Shown piece by piece: positions 1 to 12,739 of a stretch of 64,000 bases of DNA. The stretch comes from Eledone cirrhosa (lineage: Eukaryota). The notes beneath the pieces are model-generated. The model was given only the letters and a program-made list of their open reading frames with translations, was not told the origin of the DNA and ran no database searches. Location: the NCBI GenBank assembly GCA_964016885.1, contig OZ024745.1:95356001-95420000 (forward strand), given 5' to 3'. The first letter of the stretch is position 1; each line of letters starts with the position of its first letter. A program made the translations under genes and the position numbers.

Positions 1-234
1 TGATAGATGATGTAGGCAAATGTCTGGGATTGGATGTGGTTTCCCTTTTTAGAGAATTAATATGCAGGGGGAGGTAATTCAGGGTGGTTGGGTAGGAGAA
101 AGAGAGGAGGGGGGTAATTCATTTATATAAGAAAAGGGATTAGGTAGGGTGTTAGGGAGGTAACTCTTTAGAGAACGCAGGGATTTTGGACTATGGTTCT
201 TTGTTCGTTCCAGTTTTAGTTTAGTCCGAAGTTT

Positions 235-690
235 AGTCCATTAAGTAGAGGTTCGAATTTGTTAATGAAGTACGTTTCCTTATTAGTACGATGATGAAAA
301 AAGCATTGTCTATGAATTTGTAAATGGGGAAATTCTAAAGTTTGGTAGCTGGTTAGGTGCACAATTGACGATATGTTCACTAAAAGCAATCTTTCTGTAT
401 TCCTGTATTTTGATTTCTGATCTATGGACGGTCATACGTTGTCGGAGGCTGTTTTTTTTTTTTGTCTGTCCTATGTAGTGCTTTCAACAACCTGAGCAGG
501 TCAAAACATAGATTAGGTTTTGAGATGCACATGTAAAGTTGTATTTAACTGTGAAATGTTGTCCTTGTTTAAAGTGGAATGTTTAACCTTCTATTAGATT
601 TATGCATATACCACAGTTGGGCTTTCCGCATTTTCTGGGGTTCATTGTGAGGGTTGGTTGGATTTTGGCTTGTGTAAGGATTTTTTATGG
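235..690 (-). mobile_element. Penelope-like element 3' fragment (degenerate GIY-YIG endonuclease)
   Basis: Manual minus-strand translation gives KCGKPNCGIC...FTCASQNLIYVLTCSGC*KHYIGQT...LRQRMTVH...KETYFINKFEPLLN, matching the PLE Cys motif plus GIY-YIG layout. It contains a stop and a frameshift. Confidence 0.8.
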
Positions 691-1856
691 ATTTAGGTTG
701 TCTTTTGTTCTCTATGATGTTTTTTTCTCCCTATATATATATTCCAACTCGTGCACTCCTTCTCCACATTTTATAATTATTATATATATATTTATATATT
801 TATTTATTTTATGATGCGAAATTTAAATTGTGTGTAGGTATATTGGTAAAGAGATTAATAGCAATAGCTAAATTTTCAGATGAACAGAAAATTGACTAAT
901 CATTTAGCATAGATATTGAATATTTACTTTCTTCTCAACTGTCTCTCCTTAACAAGCAATACAAATTCTATCAATGGAATTTCAACCACTTCACCTTTAG
1001 AATTAACATTTACAACCACTCCTCTGTATATGGAGAGAGTTCAATTTGTAGGCCTGCTTTCCCGTATCATAAATAGCAAATACAGTTATTCCACCCGCAT
1101 TCTAAATTTCTCTAATCAGTTAATGAACACCAGAATGTATAAATGAAAACAGACATGATTAATATGTTCTTCAAAAATCAAAATACTATTATGCATAACA
1201 TATCTTACTCAGCAGACTTTCCGAATATAAAAATCAAATAAAATTAAAAACTATTCCACCTAGTGCTTTTGTGTACGTACATGTGCGCATATATATATGT
1301 ACAGCAACACTCATCTTTTTCCATTTCTCCGAGGGTTATAAACCCCACTATCAGGCTAGAAATGTCTTTAGTGTAAAATACGGTGAAAGCTTATAATTTC
1401 TAATTTCTAATTTCAAACTCGCGCGCCGTTTCAAAAACATACTTACATGTTTACGTTTATAATTTGCTTGTTTATATATATATATATATATATCGGCGAA
1501 GGGTAACCTGGAAAGCAGGGCATGCAGTCCAATCGCCATGGCGGAAAGTGGGGCTGTGCAGCCTTACCCCCCCCCCCCCCCAATTCCCTCTAAATGATCC
1601 TCCCGGTCAAAGCCGCATGTAGTGTTATCTTGTGTGTGTTATCTTTTTATGTGTCTACGATTTAGTAAGCAGTCAAAATTCTGCTTGCCCCAAAGCTGTC
1701 GTGTGTTTGTGTGTATGTGTGTGTGTTATCTTTTTGTGTGTCTACGATTTAGTAAGCAGTCAAAATTCTGCTTGCTTCAACCGACGCAATTGATCAACTC
1801 AAGATTGTATAACGCATGCACGGACTCTTCGCCCCTGATATATATGTATGTATGTA

Positions 1857-1947
<91 letters not shown>

Positions 1948-2040
1948 ATAATAATAAATTTGAAGACTAAAATCCAAAGAGGGCTCGATAAGAATAAATA
2001 TATATCAAATATATAAGAACCGTATCTGTTATTTTAATAA

Positions 2041-2109
<69 letters not shown>

Positions 2110-2118
2110 CGTGCGCGC

Positions 2119-2163
<45 letters not shown>

Positions 2164-2187
2164 TGTGTGTGTGTGTGTGTGTGTGTG

Positions 2188-2541
2188 TAAAAGGTAAACA
2201 GAAATAACAACACAATCGGTACAGTATATGGAAGGTATATATTAGGTTAACGCTTGATATAGCAGGAAGGGGGTCTTAACATTTCGGACGCTAGTCCTTC
2301 ATCAGAAGAAAGAATGAGAAATAAAATAGATTAATGGGACGGGCGGGATGGAATTGGAAAAAATGTCTTTAGATAAAAATAATAGGTCCATTCATGTTGA
2401 CATCTCTTCCAAAACTGTTGGTGCTGGCGTTTTGTGTATGATTTGTTTTTTAGAAAAGTGGATGATGGCGCGCGTCTACCTGAAATGGAAAAAAAAAACC
2501 TTTTGCAAAAAGAGCTATACTTGACCACGTGCGAAAGCATG

Positions 2542-2600
<59 letters not shown>

Positions 2601-3790
2601 GTGCGTGTGTGTGTTATTATAGGTCCGTACGAAGCTCAGGAGAAATATGTGTGTATATGTGAGTAAAAGAGTGTGTGTGCATCTAAGTACGAAGCTATGA
2701 GCAAAGAGAAAGCGATAGGAATCTAGGGGTGTGTTAATGGACGGGGTATTAGAGAAATTGGGGAGGTCAGTTGAGACCAAGAGGGGAATAGGACCCAAGA
2801 TGGTGAATCAGACTTTGTTCGGTCCTGGTGCGCGAGGCCTGTGATCCATGATGTAAAAGGACATCAAGGACTGAAACATGTAGGGAAGAATGACCAGGAG
2901 AACAGAAATGACGGGCGACAGGAGTATCCAAACCGAGTCGTATGTCCCTCAAATGTTCGGCAAAACGGTCCGCCATATGGTGTCCCGTTTGTCCGATATA
3001 TAAAGACCCGCAAAGGGAACAACGGAGCGCATAGACAACGTGGGTAGATGTGCAGGTGAAGGAATGGCGGATACGGAAAGACCCGTTAGGGCCTGTAAGA
3101 GTGATGAGGGGGGAAATAAAGGGGAAAGTGTTGCAGCGGGAACGGGAACAAGAATGAGAGCCGGGTGGAGCCATGGGAGAGGACGAAAAAGAACTGCGAA
3201 CTAGGAGGTTGCGGGGGTTTCGGGTGCGCTTAAAATAAATAATGGGTGGGTTTGGAAAAAAGCGAAAGGTGACGGGGTCAGAAGAGAGGATACGGAAAAA
3301 ACGGAGGATAAGTCGCCGGAGTGGTAGGGTGATGGGGTGGTAGGTGAGAGGGAAAGGAACACGGGTGTTGGGAGAGCGGAGGATGAGGTGAGAGGGCTGT
3401 GGTGCGGTCTGTTTCACGGGCGCGGGTGAGCGCAGCTTGGATCAAGGTGGTGGGATATTCACGCTGGATGAAGCAGGAAGCCATGCGAAGGGGATGGGTT
3501 TCGAAATCGTCGTCCTGGCTACAGAGTCGACAAAGATGGAGGAATTGGGAATAGGGTATGGAGTGTTTGGTGTGGGTTGGATGGGAGGAGGTGAAGTCGA
3601 AATAAGATTGGGAGTCTGTTGGTTTAATGTAGATGGAAGTAGAGAGGGTGTGGTGAGAGTGATTAATAGATAGAGAGATATCTAGAAAAGCGACAGAAGA
3701 ATCAGAGACAGAGGCGGGGAAATTGAGAGCAGGATGGAAAGATTGGACGAAAGAAAGAAAACAGTCGAGTTTTTCTCGCGATAGAGAGGT
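2188..3790 (-). mobile_element. Penelope-like retroelement (Neptune-like): 5'-truncated RT C-terminus, GIY-YIG and 3' pLTR region
   Basis: ORF 3278-3886 has FLDISLS...YIKPTDSQSY...SSHPTHTKHSIPYSQF (PLE RT thumb). ORF 2767-3417 has FTCTSTHVVYALRCSLCGSLYIGQT...RFAEH (GIY-YIG). The two are frameshifted. Downstream 2188-2540 is homologous to 15540-15870 and holds a hammerhead motif. Confidence 0.85.
2272..2312 (-). ncRNA. Candidate minimal type-I hammerhead ribozyme (PLE pLTR)
   Basis: Minus strand reads tctt-CTGATGA-a-GGAC-tagc-GTCC-GAAA-tg-TT-aaga: conserved core, 4-bp stem II and stem I tctt/aaga. Confidence 0.65.
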
Positions 3791-3851
3791 GCCGATATAT
3801 ATGTATGTATATATATATATATGTATATATATATATACAGTATATATATAT

Positions 3852-3979
3852 ATAGGAACGAGTAGGACCCCGACGGCTGAGCTCAAGCCGTTTCGACAGC
3901 TAATTCTGGACTATTTTTAGTCCAGAATTAGCCGTCGAAACGGCTTGAGCTCAGCCGTCGGGGTCCTACTCGTTCCTAT
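3852..3979. repeat. Near-perfect palindrome (62-bp arms, 4-nt loop, 1 mismatch)
   Basis: 3852-3913 is the reverse complement of 3918-3979 except for one position. Confidence 0.95.
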
Positions 3980-4054
3980 TACCCACTCTATTACCCTAAG
4001 TATTGAGTACTTTGGTGCGTTATGGTCCACCTGGTTTTTACCACATTTCCTTCG

Positions 4055-4105
<51 letters not shown>

Positions 4106-4122
4106 AATATATGTATGTATGG

Positions 4123-4154
<32 letters not shown>

Positions 4155-4174
4155 TAATATATATATATATATAT

Positions 4175-4266
4175 AAGACCCTCTTCCTGCTATTTCAATT
4201 TCAAACGTTAAACTAATATATTCCTTCCATATACTGTACCGTTTGTGTTATTTCTGTTAACCTTTT
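4175..4266 (+). repeat. Partial pLTR copy, inverted relative to 2188-2277
   Basis: aagaccctcttcctgctat...ccttccatatactgtaccgtttgtgttatttctgtt matches the reverse complement of 2188-2277 and the plus strand at 15790-15868. Confidence 0.85.
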
Positions 4267-4283
4267 ACACACACACACACACT

Positions 4284-4382
<99 letters not shown>

Positions 4383-5499
4383 AGAAATGTAAGCTATCGC
4401 CGTATTTTGACTAAAGAAATTAAAGAAATTATTTAGCCTGATAGTGGGGTTAAGAACCCTCGGAGGAATGGAAAAAGATGAGTATCAGTTAGACGCCAGC
4501 CATCTTGTAACTGCAATGAAAATATTACAAGGAAACAAATCATAAAAAGTCTGTTCTTACCTTTATAGCAGTTCACTTAACTTAAACCAGTCTGACAACA
4601 TAAGCAACATTCTGTCTAATTAGTGAAAATACTTCTCTAATGCCGTGGTAGACTAGTAGAGAATTAAATTAAAGCGAAATTAAATAACATTTAAAAGAAA
4701 GAATTCTTCAGTTCATTAGAATAGTAAAAATTAGGAGCTTTATTAGTAGAGAAACTTGCTGAATTAATAACGTTTGCCGAGAAATCTCATAGATAATGGA
4801 GTCAGAAGTGTTGCTTATTTAATTTGGGTTATGACTAGTCAGAAATTTAATTATATTAAGTATCTGATTATATATAATTTGAACAATATTGAGCTTTTAT
4901 TTTTAGATATTGTGGTGCGTGCATAAAAAAAAGACTGTACCCATGGGCCTCTCGGACCTTCAAAGACCGATAAGATTGATGTTATTAACCTTTCATTGGC
5001 ACTGTTTTTACGTCAAAGGCTGAGGGAGAAATATGTACAAATAGGGAATTCCAGACGATATTCAATGGCGGATGACCTTGCTTTGTTTTGAAACTTGAAG
5101 GTAGACATGATATAGTTGGTGAAAGGAGATAATGTCTTCAATTTCATTATATAATTATAATTGTTTACTCTTTGACGTAACTAATAACTTTTAAGGTGAA
5201 AGATTTAACAAGTGTTTAACAAAGAATATAGTTTTTCAAAGATATTTTTTCTTGATATTGTATCTTCAGTTCTACATGTATGTGGATTTTACTCCATTTC
5301 AAGAATCAAACACTTCAAAAAATGCAATAAAAAACATGTATTCCATACGGTGTTTAGGATCTAAAAACAAACAGCGGGAGATAATTCAATAAGATCAGTT
5401 ATTTGAAATTTAGGGTAAATATAAGCATGTATTTATAATCACTGACTTACACTTTTTATGAGAGAGAGAGGAGGAGAGAGAGAGGGGGGAGGAGACGCT

Positions 5500-6245
5500 A
5501 TTTCAGGATAATGGTCTCGACGTTTGGCAGATAGGCCCGCTGAAGCACATGAGGATGAAGCGCAAACACTGTTGGTGAAAATTGTTCAAAGCGCTGGATA
5601 TGCCTGCAGTATGTTGTCTATGTCTCACATCCATGCAACAAAGCTGTAAGCTCACAAGCTTAATACACCTCCGCTTTCGAACCCACACTGATATCTGACT
5701 GTGACCACAGATGTTTCTCCAGATTACCAAAAACATCGGAAACTTTAGACAGTCAATAGCTGACCTTCTTCAAAGGTGGTAGCTCTGGAGATAGTAATAC
5801 TCAGGAAGACGAACTTATCCACAACCTTCAATATTTTCCCTTCAATAGATATAAATGGTGGAATATATGGCTTTCTGGGTGCATGTTGTTGACACATCAG
5901 CACTGTCTCTTTCAGACTACTTGTCAGCCCGAACTATCACACACTGCCAAGAAGCAGCCCATCAGACGGCTTCTGTGTGGCTAATAAGATCACAGTGATC
6001 TGCATAAAGAGGATCACGTTGATACGTGTTTTTGAAGCAGCAATGAATCGTCGGATCTTAAAGAGCATTTCTGTTGTTCGATAATGTATATAAATGCCAA
6101 TAGCGGTGTTGGCGAATGCTTTGAACAAAACAACTGCAAGTAAGATGGCAAATAAAATGAGCGGGCAGGTTATCCTGTTTCACGCCTCTCTCAACTGAGA
6201 GAGGTTCTAGGAGCTCACTATTGACGCAAACCCATGCACTCATGT
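5500..6245 (-). mobile_element. Degenerate RTE-clade LINE reverse transcriptase fragment
   Basis: Broken frames give VCVNSELLEPLSVERGVKQ, GIYIHYRT...LFKIRRF and a LKVVDKFVFL-like segment, typical of RTE/BovB-type RT. Confidence 0.7.
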
Positions 6246-6253
6246 CATCATAC

Positions 6254-6344
<91 letters not shown>

Positions 6345-7438
6345 GAGAGAGAGACACACAGAGAGAGAGAGAGAGGGGGGTCTAGAAATGTAGAACATCC
6401 ACTATTATTTCGATCATGTCGCTCACGAAAATTACTCAATAATAATAATTGTGAAGATTTGAATTAGAATTATTTCATTGTGATACAGTCGTGAAGCAAC
6501 TATACCCAAATAGAACATAATAAGGCGAATAAGAAATGAAAGAAATTCAACACTAAAAATGTTAAAAATCTTACATCTCAAACACCCGAACTGTACGGTT
6601 TCGATTCTGCCAAAACATTGCTAATTACACATATAAAAATGACTAATTAACAATTAGGACTTTGCGCAATTTAATTGAAGCAATCTCATTAAACTATATT
6701 ATATCACCTAGAATTAATGCGACAAAATAATCTGAATTTTACAGTTCGATTTCAATTCCATGTTGGAATTGGATTTTCTTGTTTTGGTAATATTACTGAA
6801 AAGGAATTGAGGTGGCTAAGTGAAAGATAGACACAAAATAATTTTCTGTCAAAAATATCCGTTTTTAAAATGAATTCTTCAGTTTATTTTATGCTCAGAT
6901 TATATATTTCTGTTTGAATGTATTTTAGTCTTTATCCGACTAAAAGTGCGAAAAATGCTAAACAACAACAACATCAAAATGAATGCCAAAGTTAACAATC
7001 ACAAAAGATAAATATATAAATTTCTCAACTTACCGAGTTACTACGACAGTAAAGGAAAGACATTTAATGTAAATAAAACTGGAAGGTGATGGCACCAGAT
7101 AAATTCTGAATGCATTTATCCTAAGTTACAATAACAATGTAGACGCTTTATCTAGACATATTGGCAGAGACTTGAGTTAGTTCGTTCTTCTTTAGCCAAA
7201 AGTTCTGATTATGATTTTTACTTTAAACAGTCATTGATTTTCGTTTCTTGCTCTAAGTAAATATTTGTCAAAATAAACTTTTAAGTTATGACCTAAAAGA
7301 AAACAAAATATGTTGTCTTGGTGATTCAGCCTTTTTGGAATATCTAATATGGAATGAATATGTATGGCTTCTTTCATTCATTCACTCGTTCTTCCAGTCA
7401 TTTGTACTTCTGTCAATTCATTCTTGTATTAGTATATT

Positions 7439-7992
7439 CCTGGTTAGAAAATCTTTTTTGGAGGAGGAGATATATGAGCCAAGATACTTGTAATCTTCCA
7501 CCTGCTTAAGGGTGGTACCATTAAGGGTTCTGATGGGGTAGTTTGGGCTGTTTGCGCATCTGTTCACATACTCAGTCTTGGATTCGTTGAGGTACAGTCC
7601 AACACAGTTGGACGCTTGCTCTAATGACTTCAAAAGACTCTCAGCATTTTCCAGTGACTCTTAATGAGAGTGCAAAACCTATCCTGGAAACGACATCCCA
7701 CCTTGTCTAAAATCTATGGCAAACTCCCTCGAGCCTCTGCCCTTCTAAAATCCCGGAGAGCTCAATTTGCTGGCCACTGTCACCGTGCCAGCAATGAAAT
7801 CATATCCGCTCTCTTGCTCTGGAACCCTGACTCCAGCCTGACTAGGATTAGGAGGCTGTCATTCCCTGACGTTATCTCTAGGGATACGGGAATCAGTAGA
7901 CAGGACCTGGGGGCGGCGATGGGGGACAGGGAATTCTGGGGCATGAGAGTGAGATCCATCATCTCGACAATAGTCGACGAATGATGATGATG
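7439..7992. mobile_element. 5'-inverted LINE insertion (RTE-like) with 11-bp target-site duplication
   Basis: 7439-7662 encodes RT on minus (VGLYLNESKTEY...VEDYKYLGS). 7664-7984 encodes the C-terminus on plus (RRAQFAGHCHR) and ends in a (GAT)n tail. attagtatatt flanks at 7428-7438 and 7993-8003. Confidence 0.8.
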
Positions 7993-8379
7993 ATTAGTAT
8001 ATTTAAATTAGCTTTTATGTAAGAGTGATATTATATGTTCAATGACATTCCAGCCATTGCTATGGGGGCGTAGAACCAAAATTGTCTGTGTTCTTCTTTT
8101 CTTACTAAATAGTCAGGGTAGAAATACTAGTGCTTATCACTCTTTTCAGGGTCTCGGGGGCCAGTAGGAGGAAAGTATCTCCAAACTCGACACCTTTACC
8201 CAAACGCCTTCCGGTTTTTATTCATCAAAAATTAGATTAGAGGGTTTTCAGAAGCGCATTACATAATGTGTCCTTCATGTTTTCAAATAGTAATATGTGG
8301 TTTTGGGGGTGGTTTGGCTGCTATCATCTCGGTATTCGAACAAATACGTAGATTCACTCTCGTTACCTTACATTATTTA

Positions 8380-8570
8380 CGCGGTGGATTGGCAGTATCG
8401 GTAGAGAGTCGGACACCATGCTTTGCAGTATAGTTACGGCCCTTTACGGTCTAAGTTCAAATCCCGCCGAGGTTAACTTTGCCTTTCATCCTTACGGGAT
8501 CGATAAAATAAAGTACCAGTAATGTACTGGGATAATTGCTGGCCTTGTGCCAAAAGTAGAAACAATTATT
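8380..8570 (+). mobile_element. tRNA-derived SINE with Nin/Deu-like core
   Basis: A-box-like tggcagtatcggtag, B-box gttcaaatccc, core gcctttcatccttacgggatcgataaaataaagtaccag. Several near-identical copies occur in the window. Confidence 0.85.
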
Positions 8571-8744
8571 TAATATAAAAATGTACGTGGAAAATGTATA
8601 TATTCATCTTTTACTAATGTTAAATAAAGTGCTCTTAATTAATTTTTAAAACATCGAATATTACTGATCTGTAGTTGTATGTATGTGGAGGATGGTGCTC
8701 CGAGAACATAATAACTAGAATAAGGATAGGATAGAAGTTTAGGG

Positions 8745-9195
8745 AACCACTACCTCTGTTAACAACAAAAGGTTTCTCCCTCCGGATGAAATGTCGTGTG
8801 CTATGCTGAATGGCTCTGAAACAAAGGCAGTAACTGCAGAGGATATACGCAGATTAGAATGAAATGAAGCAAATATTCTTCGATGGATGTCATATGTTAA
8901 TGTAAGAGCTTGGATGAAATGAGAGAAAAACTTAAAATAAGAGGAATCAGAAGTAGTATGCAAGAGAGAAGACTGCGTTGGTATGGACATATGATGCTCA
9001 TAGATGGTGGTGGCAGGGTGAAAAAGTGCCAAGAAATTCTGGACAGAAGTAATGAGAGCTGATCTCAAATCGCTGAAACTCACAGTGGAGAAAATGAAGG
9101 ATCGCGACAAGTGGAGGTACGTTGTGCTGAAAAGGACTCGTCCAACCCATGCAATCGTGGAAAAACGGACGTAAAAAACGATGATGACGATGATG
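8745..9195 (+). mobile_element. Degenerate RTE LINE 3' fragment
   Basis: Homologous to the RTE at 54500-55083 (AVTAEDIRRLE-like segment, gtccaaccc..gcaa 3' UTR, (GAT)n tail). Confidence 0.8.
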
Positions 9196-9244
9196 AAGAG
9201 AAAAAGAGAAAAAACTGAGAAAGTGATACCGAGGAAGAATCTAC

Positions 9245-9345
9245 CTCAGTACTGGACTGATACTTTTTTATCGACCTCGAAAGGATTAAAAGGAATGTTG
9301 AGCACTGGGTTTTGAACTAAGAGCGCAGACAGCCGGAACGAATGC
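9245..9345 (-). mobile_element. Diverged SINE core fragment
   Basis: tttttatcgacctcgaaaggat...tttgaact is the reverse complement of a diverged SINE core and B-box. Confidence 0.55.
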
Positions 9346-10198
9346 CAATTCATGGTTAGTAAAGAATTTTGTGAAGGTAATGTCTTCGTCAGTCCTATCC
9401 ACAATCAGGGTTTTTTAATTCCCTTCAAGAGTTATTTCCTTTCATTTGGAATGAATATTATATTTCTGAATATTATATTTCTCTATTTCCTCTTCTGTAA
9501 ACAAAGGCAGTGAAAACTTAAGATATCTGTAAGGAATGATTATACATATTTTTTTAGAAATTTTTCTTGTGAGTATAAGGAAAGTTTTACATCCCACGAC
9601 ATTTATTGAATCAATTTACTTTATTGCCGGTAATTATTGAATTTATAAAATAACCTTGCTACTTCAGAAGTTATTGATTTACATCAGCTTCAAACCTTCC
9701 CAGAAAATACATATAACTGGTTTGGAAATTCTTTATAGAATTATTGATAGTTTCATACCTCAAAGTTAATTACAAAGTACGAAACGAATTTGCTTTACTT
9801 ATAACATCAATGAATTTATGCATTATATTATATGACAAAGTTAAATTGTAAAAGAACAGCCAAAACTAGTTTAGAACAGAATGTGTGTGGTGTGTGTGGT
9901 GGGGGTCATATACTTATGGCTGTGGCTTAGCAAGGTATCGCAGCACCTGAGGCAAATATACATTTTATGCGACTCCAGCCTTTATACATGATGCTGAAGT
10001 GATTGCCCCTCATACACCACCCCACTTTGTTAAGCCTCTACCTGGACACCATGGAAACGAATCAGCTGAAAGATTTTTCCAGGATTGAATACACAAAGTT
10101 ATGTTCCTCTTATACTCTTGAAACAAACAAAACTTCACTTGAGCATTGCATGGTGTGGTTATTTTCTTTAAAACTGTTAACTATATATTTTCTTTATA

Positions 10199-10295
10199 CA
10201 GAGTGTCCCAAAAAATGTATACACACTTCAACAGCATTTAATAAATATTGCCTGTACATGTAATCAAATTCTGTATACATTTTTGGGACACCCTG
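10199..10295. mobile_element. Tiny Tc1/mariner-type MITE
   Basis: TIRs cagagtgtcccaaaaaatgtataca / tgtatacatttttgggacaccctg, flanked by TA on both sides. Confidence 0.8.
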
Positions 10296-10612
10296 TAGTT
10301 ATTCTATAGCTATCTCGGATCCTAATAATAGGGAGATTAAAATAAATAGTGGGGATCGCTAATTTTTCTAGGTTGTCCCCGTTGATTTATTTTTTTAACC
10401 AGAATGATGTTATAATCCGAAAGATGCAGATTTTTATTCCTTGGAAGAAACGAACTACTACAGTGGGTTTGTCCTTATGGATAAAAGAATACACTGCAAC
10501 AGTGTAATAACAATATAATTGATACAAACGGCAATAACCACACGTAACGGAACAACAATATTTTAAGAACCAACAATCCAACAGGAACTGTGAACTTGAA
10601 CTCCAGCTTTCA

Positions 10613-11551
10613 CCTTCTACCTTCGACTATCAACACACGAACTGTGGAACTTCTATCTTCGACTATCAACACACGAACTGTGGAACTTCTATCTTCGACT
10701 ATCAACACACGAACTGTGGAACTTCTATCTTCGACTATCAACACACGAACTGTGGAACTTCTACCTTCGACTATCAACACACGAACTGTGAAACTTCTAC
10801 CTTCGACTATCAACACACGAACTGTGAAACATCTATCTTCGACTATCAACACACGAACTGTGAAACTTCTACCTTCGACTATCAACACACGAACTGTGAA
10901 ACATCTATCTTCGACTATCAACACACGAACTGTGGAACTTCTACCTTCGACTATGAACACACGAACTGTGGTACTTCTACCTTCGACTATCAACACACGA
11001 ACTGTGGAACTTCTACCTTCGACTATCAACACACGAACTATGGAACTAGTACCTTCGACTATCAACACACGAACTGTGGAACTTCTACCTTCGACTATCA
11101 ACACACGAACTGTGGAACTTCTACCTTCGACTATCAACACACGAACTGTGGAACTTCTATCTTCGACTATCAACACACGAACTGTGGTACTTCTACCTTC
11201 GACTATCAACACACGAACTGTGAAACTTCTACCTTCGACTATCAACACACGAACTGTGAAACATCTATCTTCGACTATCAACACACGAACTGTGGAACTT
11301 CTATCTTCGACTATCAACACACGAACTGTGGTACTTCTACCTTCGACTATCAACACACGAACTGTGGAACTTCTACTTTCGACTATCAACACACGAACTG
11401 TGGTACTTCTACCTTCGACTATCAACACACGAACTGTGAAATATCTATCTTCGACTATCAACAAACGAACTGTGGAACTTCTACCTTCGACTATCAACAC
11501 ACGAACTGTGGTACTTCTACCTTCGACTATCAACACACGAACTGTGGAACT
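10613..11551. repeat. 36-bp minisatellite, ~26 tandem copies
   Basis: Unit actgtggaacttctaccttcgactatcaacacacga, head-to-tail with no spacers. It translates as (TVELLPSTINTR)n. Confidence 0.95.
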
Positions 11552-11667
11552 ATTACCAATTTTTCCACTTACTCAGGCCGCTACTATTTATAAGTAGTCG
11601 TCCACCCCATTCTCTCCGGAGGGGCGTCGTACTTTCGCACAAGGTTTTTTTTTTTGTTTTTGCGTTG

Positions 11668-12021
11668 ATTCGAAACGTAAAATATACGGATAAGGCATGC
11701 TCTTGGGTCCCAAAATAAAAGGTGTGTGTAAGGGTGAGAGGGGGGGGGGGAATCGGTAATATCTCTAGGCTGTCTCCGTTGATTAAAAAAACAATAAAAT
11801 AAAATTAGCCGTTTATTTTACATATTGAGATTCCAACACATCCTATTTATTTTACTTTTTTTTTGTCATGTATGGTTTTTAATGTGTAACGAAAATATTT
11901 GCCGGAGATAGATTAGCAAAATTTAATAAGTGGGGGGCTGGAATAAGAGCGGCGAGGGGTGGAAAAAATCTAAAAAAATTAATAAGTGGTGGGTAGAGAC
12001 GATTATTCGAGAACCGAGAGT
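11668..12021 (-). mobile_element. Non-autonomous DNA transposon (MITE-like), same family as 62092-62480
   Basis: Ends resemble ctcttgggtcccaaaataa / ttattcgagaaccgagagta. Internal ggctgtctccgttgatt and flank attcgaaacgtaaaatatacgga are shared in reverse with 62092-62480. Confidence 0.7.
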
Positions 12022-12099
12022 AAGTCTCATTGTAGTTATGCTATAGCTAAGTGTACTGCATAAGTATGAATTTGTTTGATTATGGATATAGTGTAGTAC

Positions 12100-12640
12100 T
12101 AGCAATAAGGACCCACGGTTGGATATTTAACAGCCTTCTCTAGCTCTACAATGTGCACCCCATTGTCCTGAATATTCCAACTTACAGTTTGGGAAGCAGA
12201 CAGATCGAGTTTTTGACACTTCTTGCTCTGACACACTAAGAAAATTACCAAGCCTGCATTATCTACTACACCAACACTCCTCCACGCCAAATCCTGTTAC
12301 TGGTCATAATATCATCCGACCTGTCCCACCGCTTTGGATATTTCCACAATACTATTACTCGTCAAAGATGTTTAGTGATTTATTTATTGATCGCAGAAAA
12401 TTATATATTTAGTCTAATTATACAAATATTTATAAAACTGTGATCCTTTAAGGTTTGGCAATGCGCCCCAGTGAGATCCACACCATAACCGACTACAGAC
12501 CTGCCCACCTCTAGAAACACAAATGGGAACTACCATAAAAAAGTGACCCAAAACGGAGAGAAATGAGGCCAAATGGGGAGATTTTACATAATGAAAGCTA
12601 TACCCATTTTCACAAGAGAAGACATCTCTCACCCACCCCA
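12100..12640 (+). pseudogene. Possible very degenerate Gypsy-type integrase C-terminal remnant
   Basis: Broken frames give KDPRL...LALQCAP...QFGKQ...KRRHL, loosely like KDPxLALLxLRxTP...LFGR...RNRRHL. Weak resemblance only. Confidence 0.25.
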
Positions 12641-12739
12641 TAGTGGGGGAGAGATCTTCCAGTCGGACGGGAAGAGTTGACAAGTCTGTGACTACTTAGT
12701 TAGTCTAAAAGTAGCGCCGATTTTTGTGTTATATTTGTT

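Noticed and set aside
1622-2798. ORFs rich in YIYI, HTHT, CVCV or SLSL here and throughout the window
   Set aside because: They are translations of (AT)n, (AC)n and (AG)n microsatellites.
8380-8470. tRNA genes
   Set aside because: The A/B boxes are SINE heads. There is no complete cloverleaf, and they continue into a shared core and tail.
10613-11551. CRISPR-like array (36-bp repeat)
   Set aside because: Units are contiguous with no unique spacers, there are no cas genes, and the context is eukaryotic.
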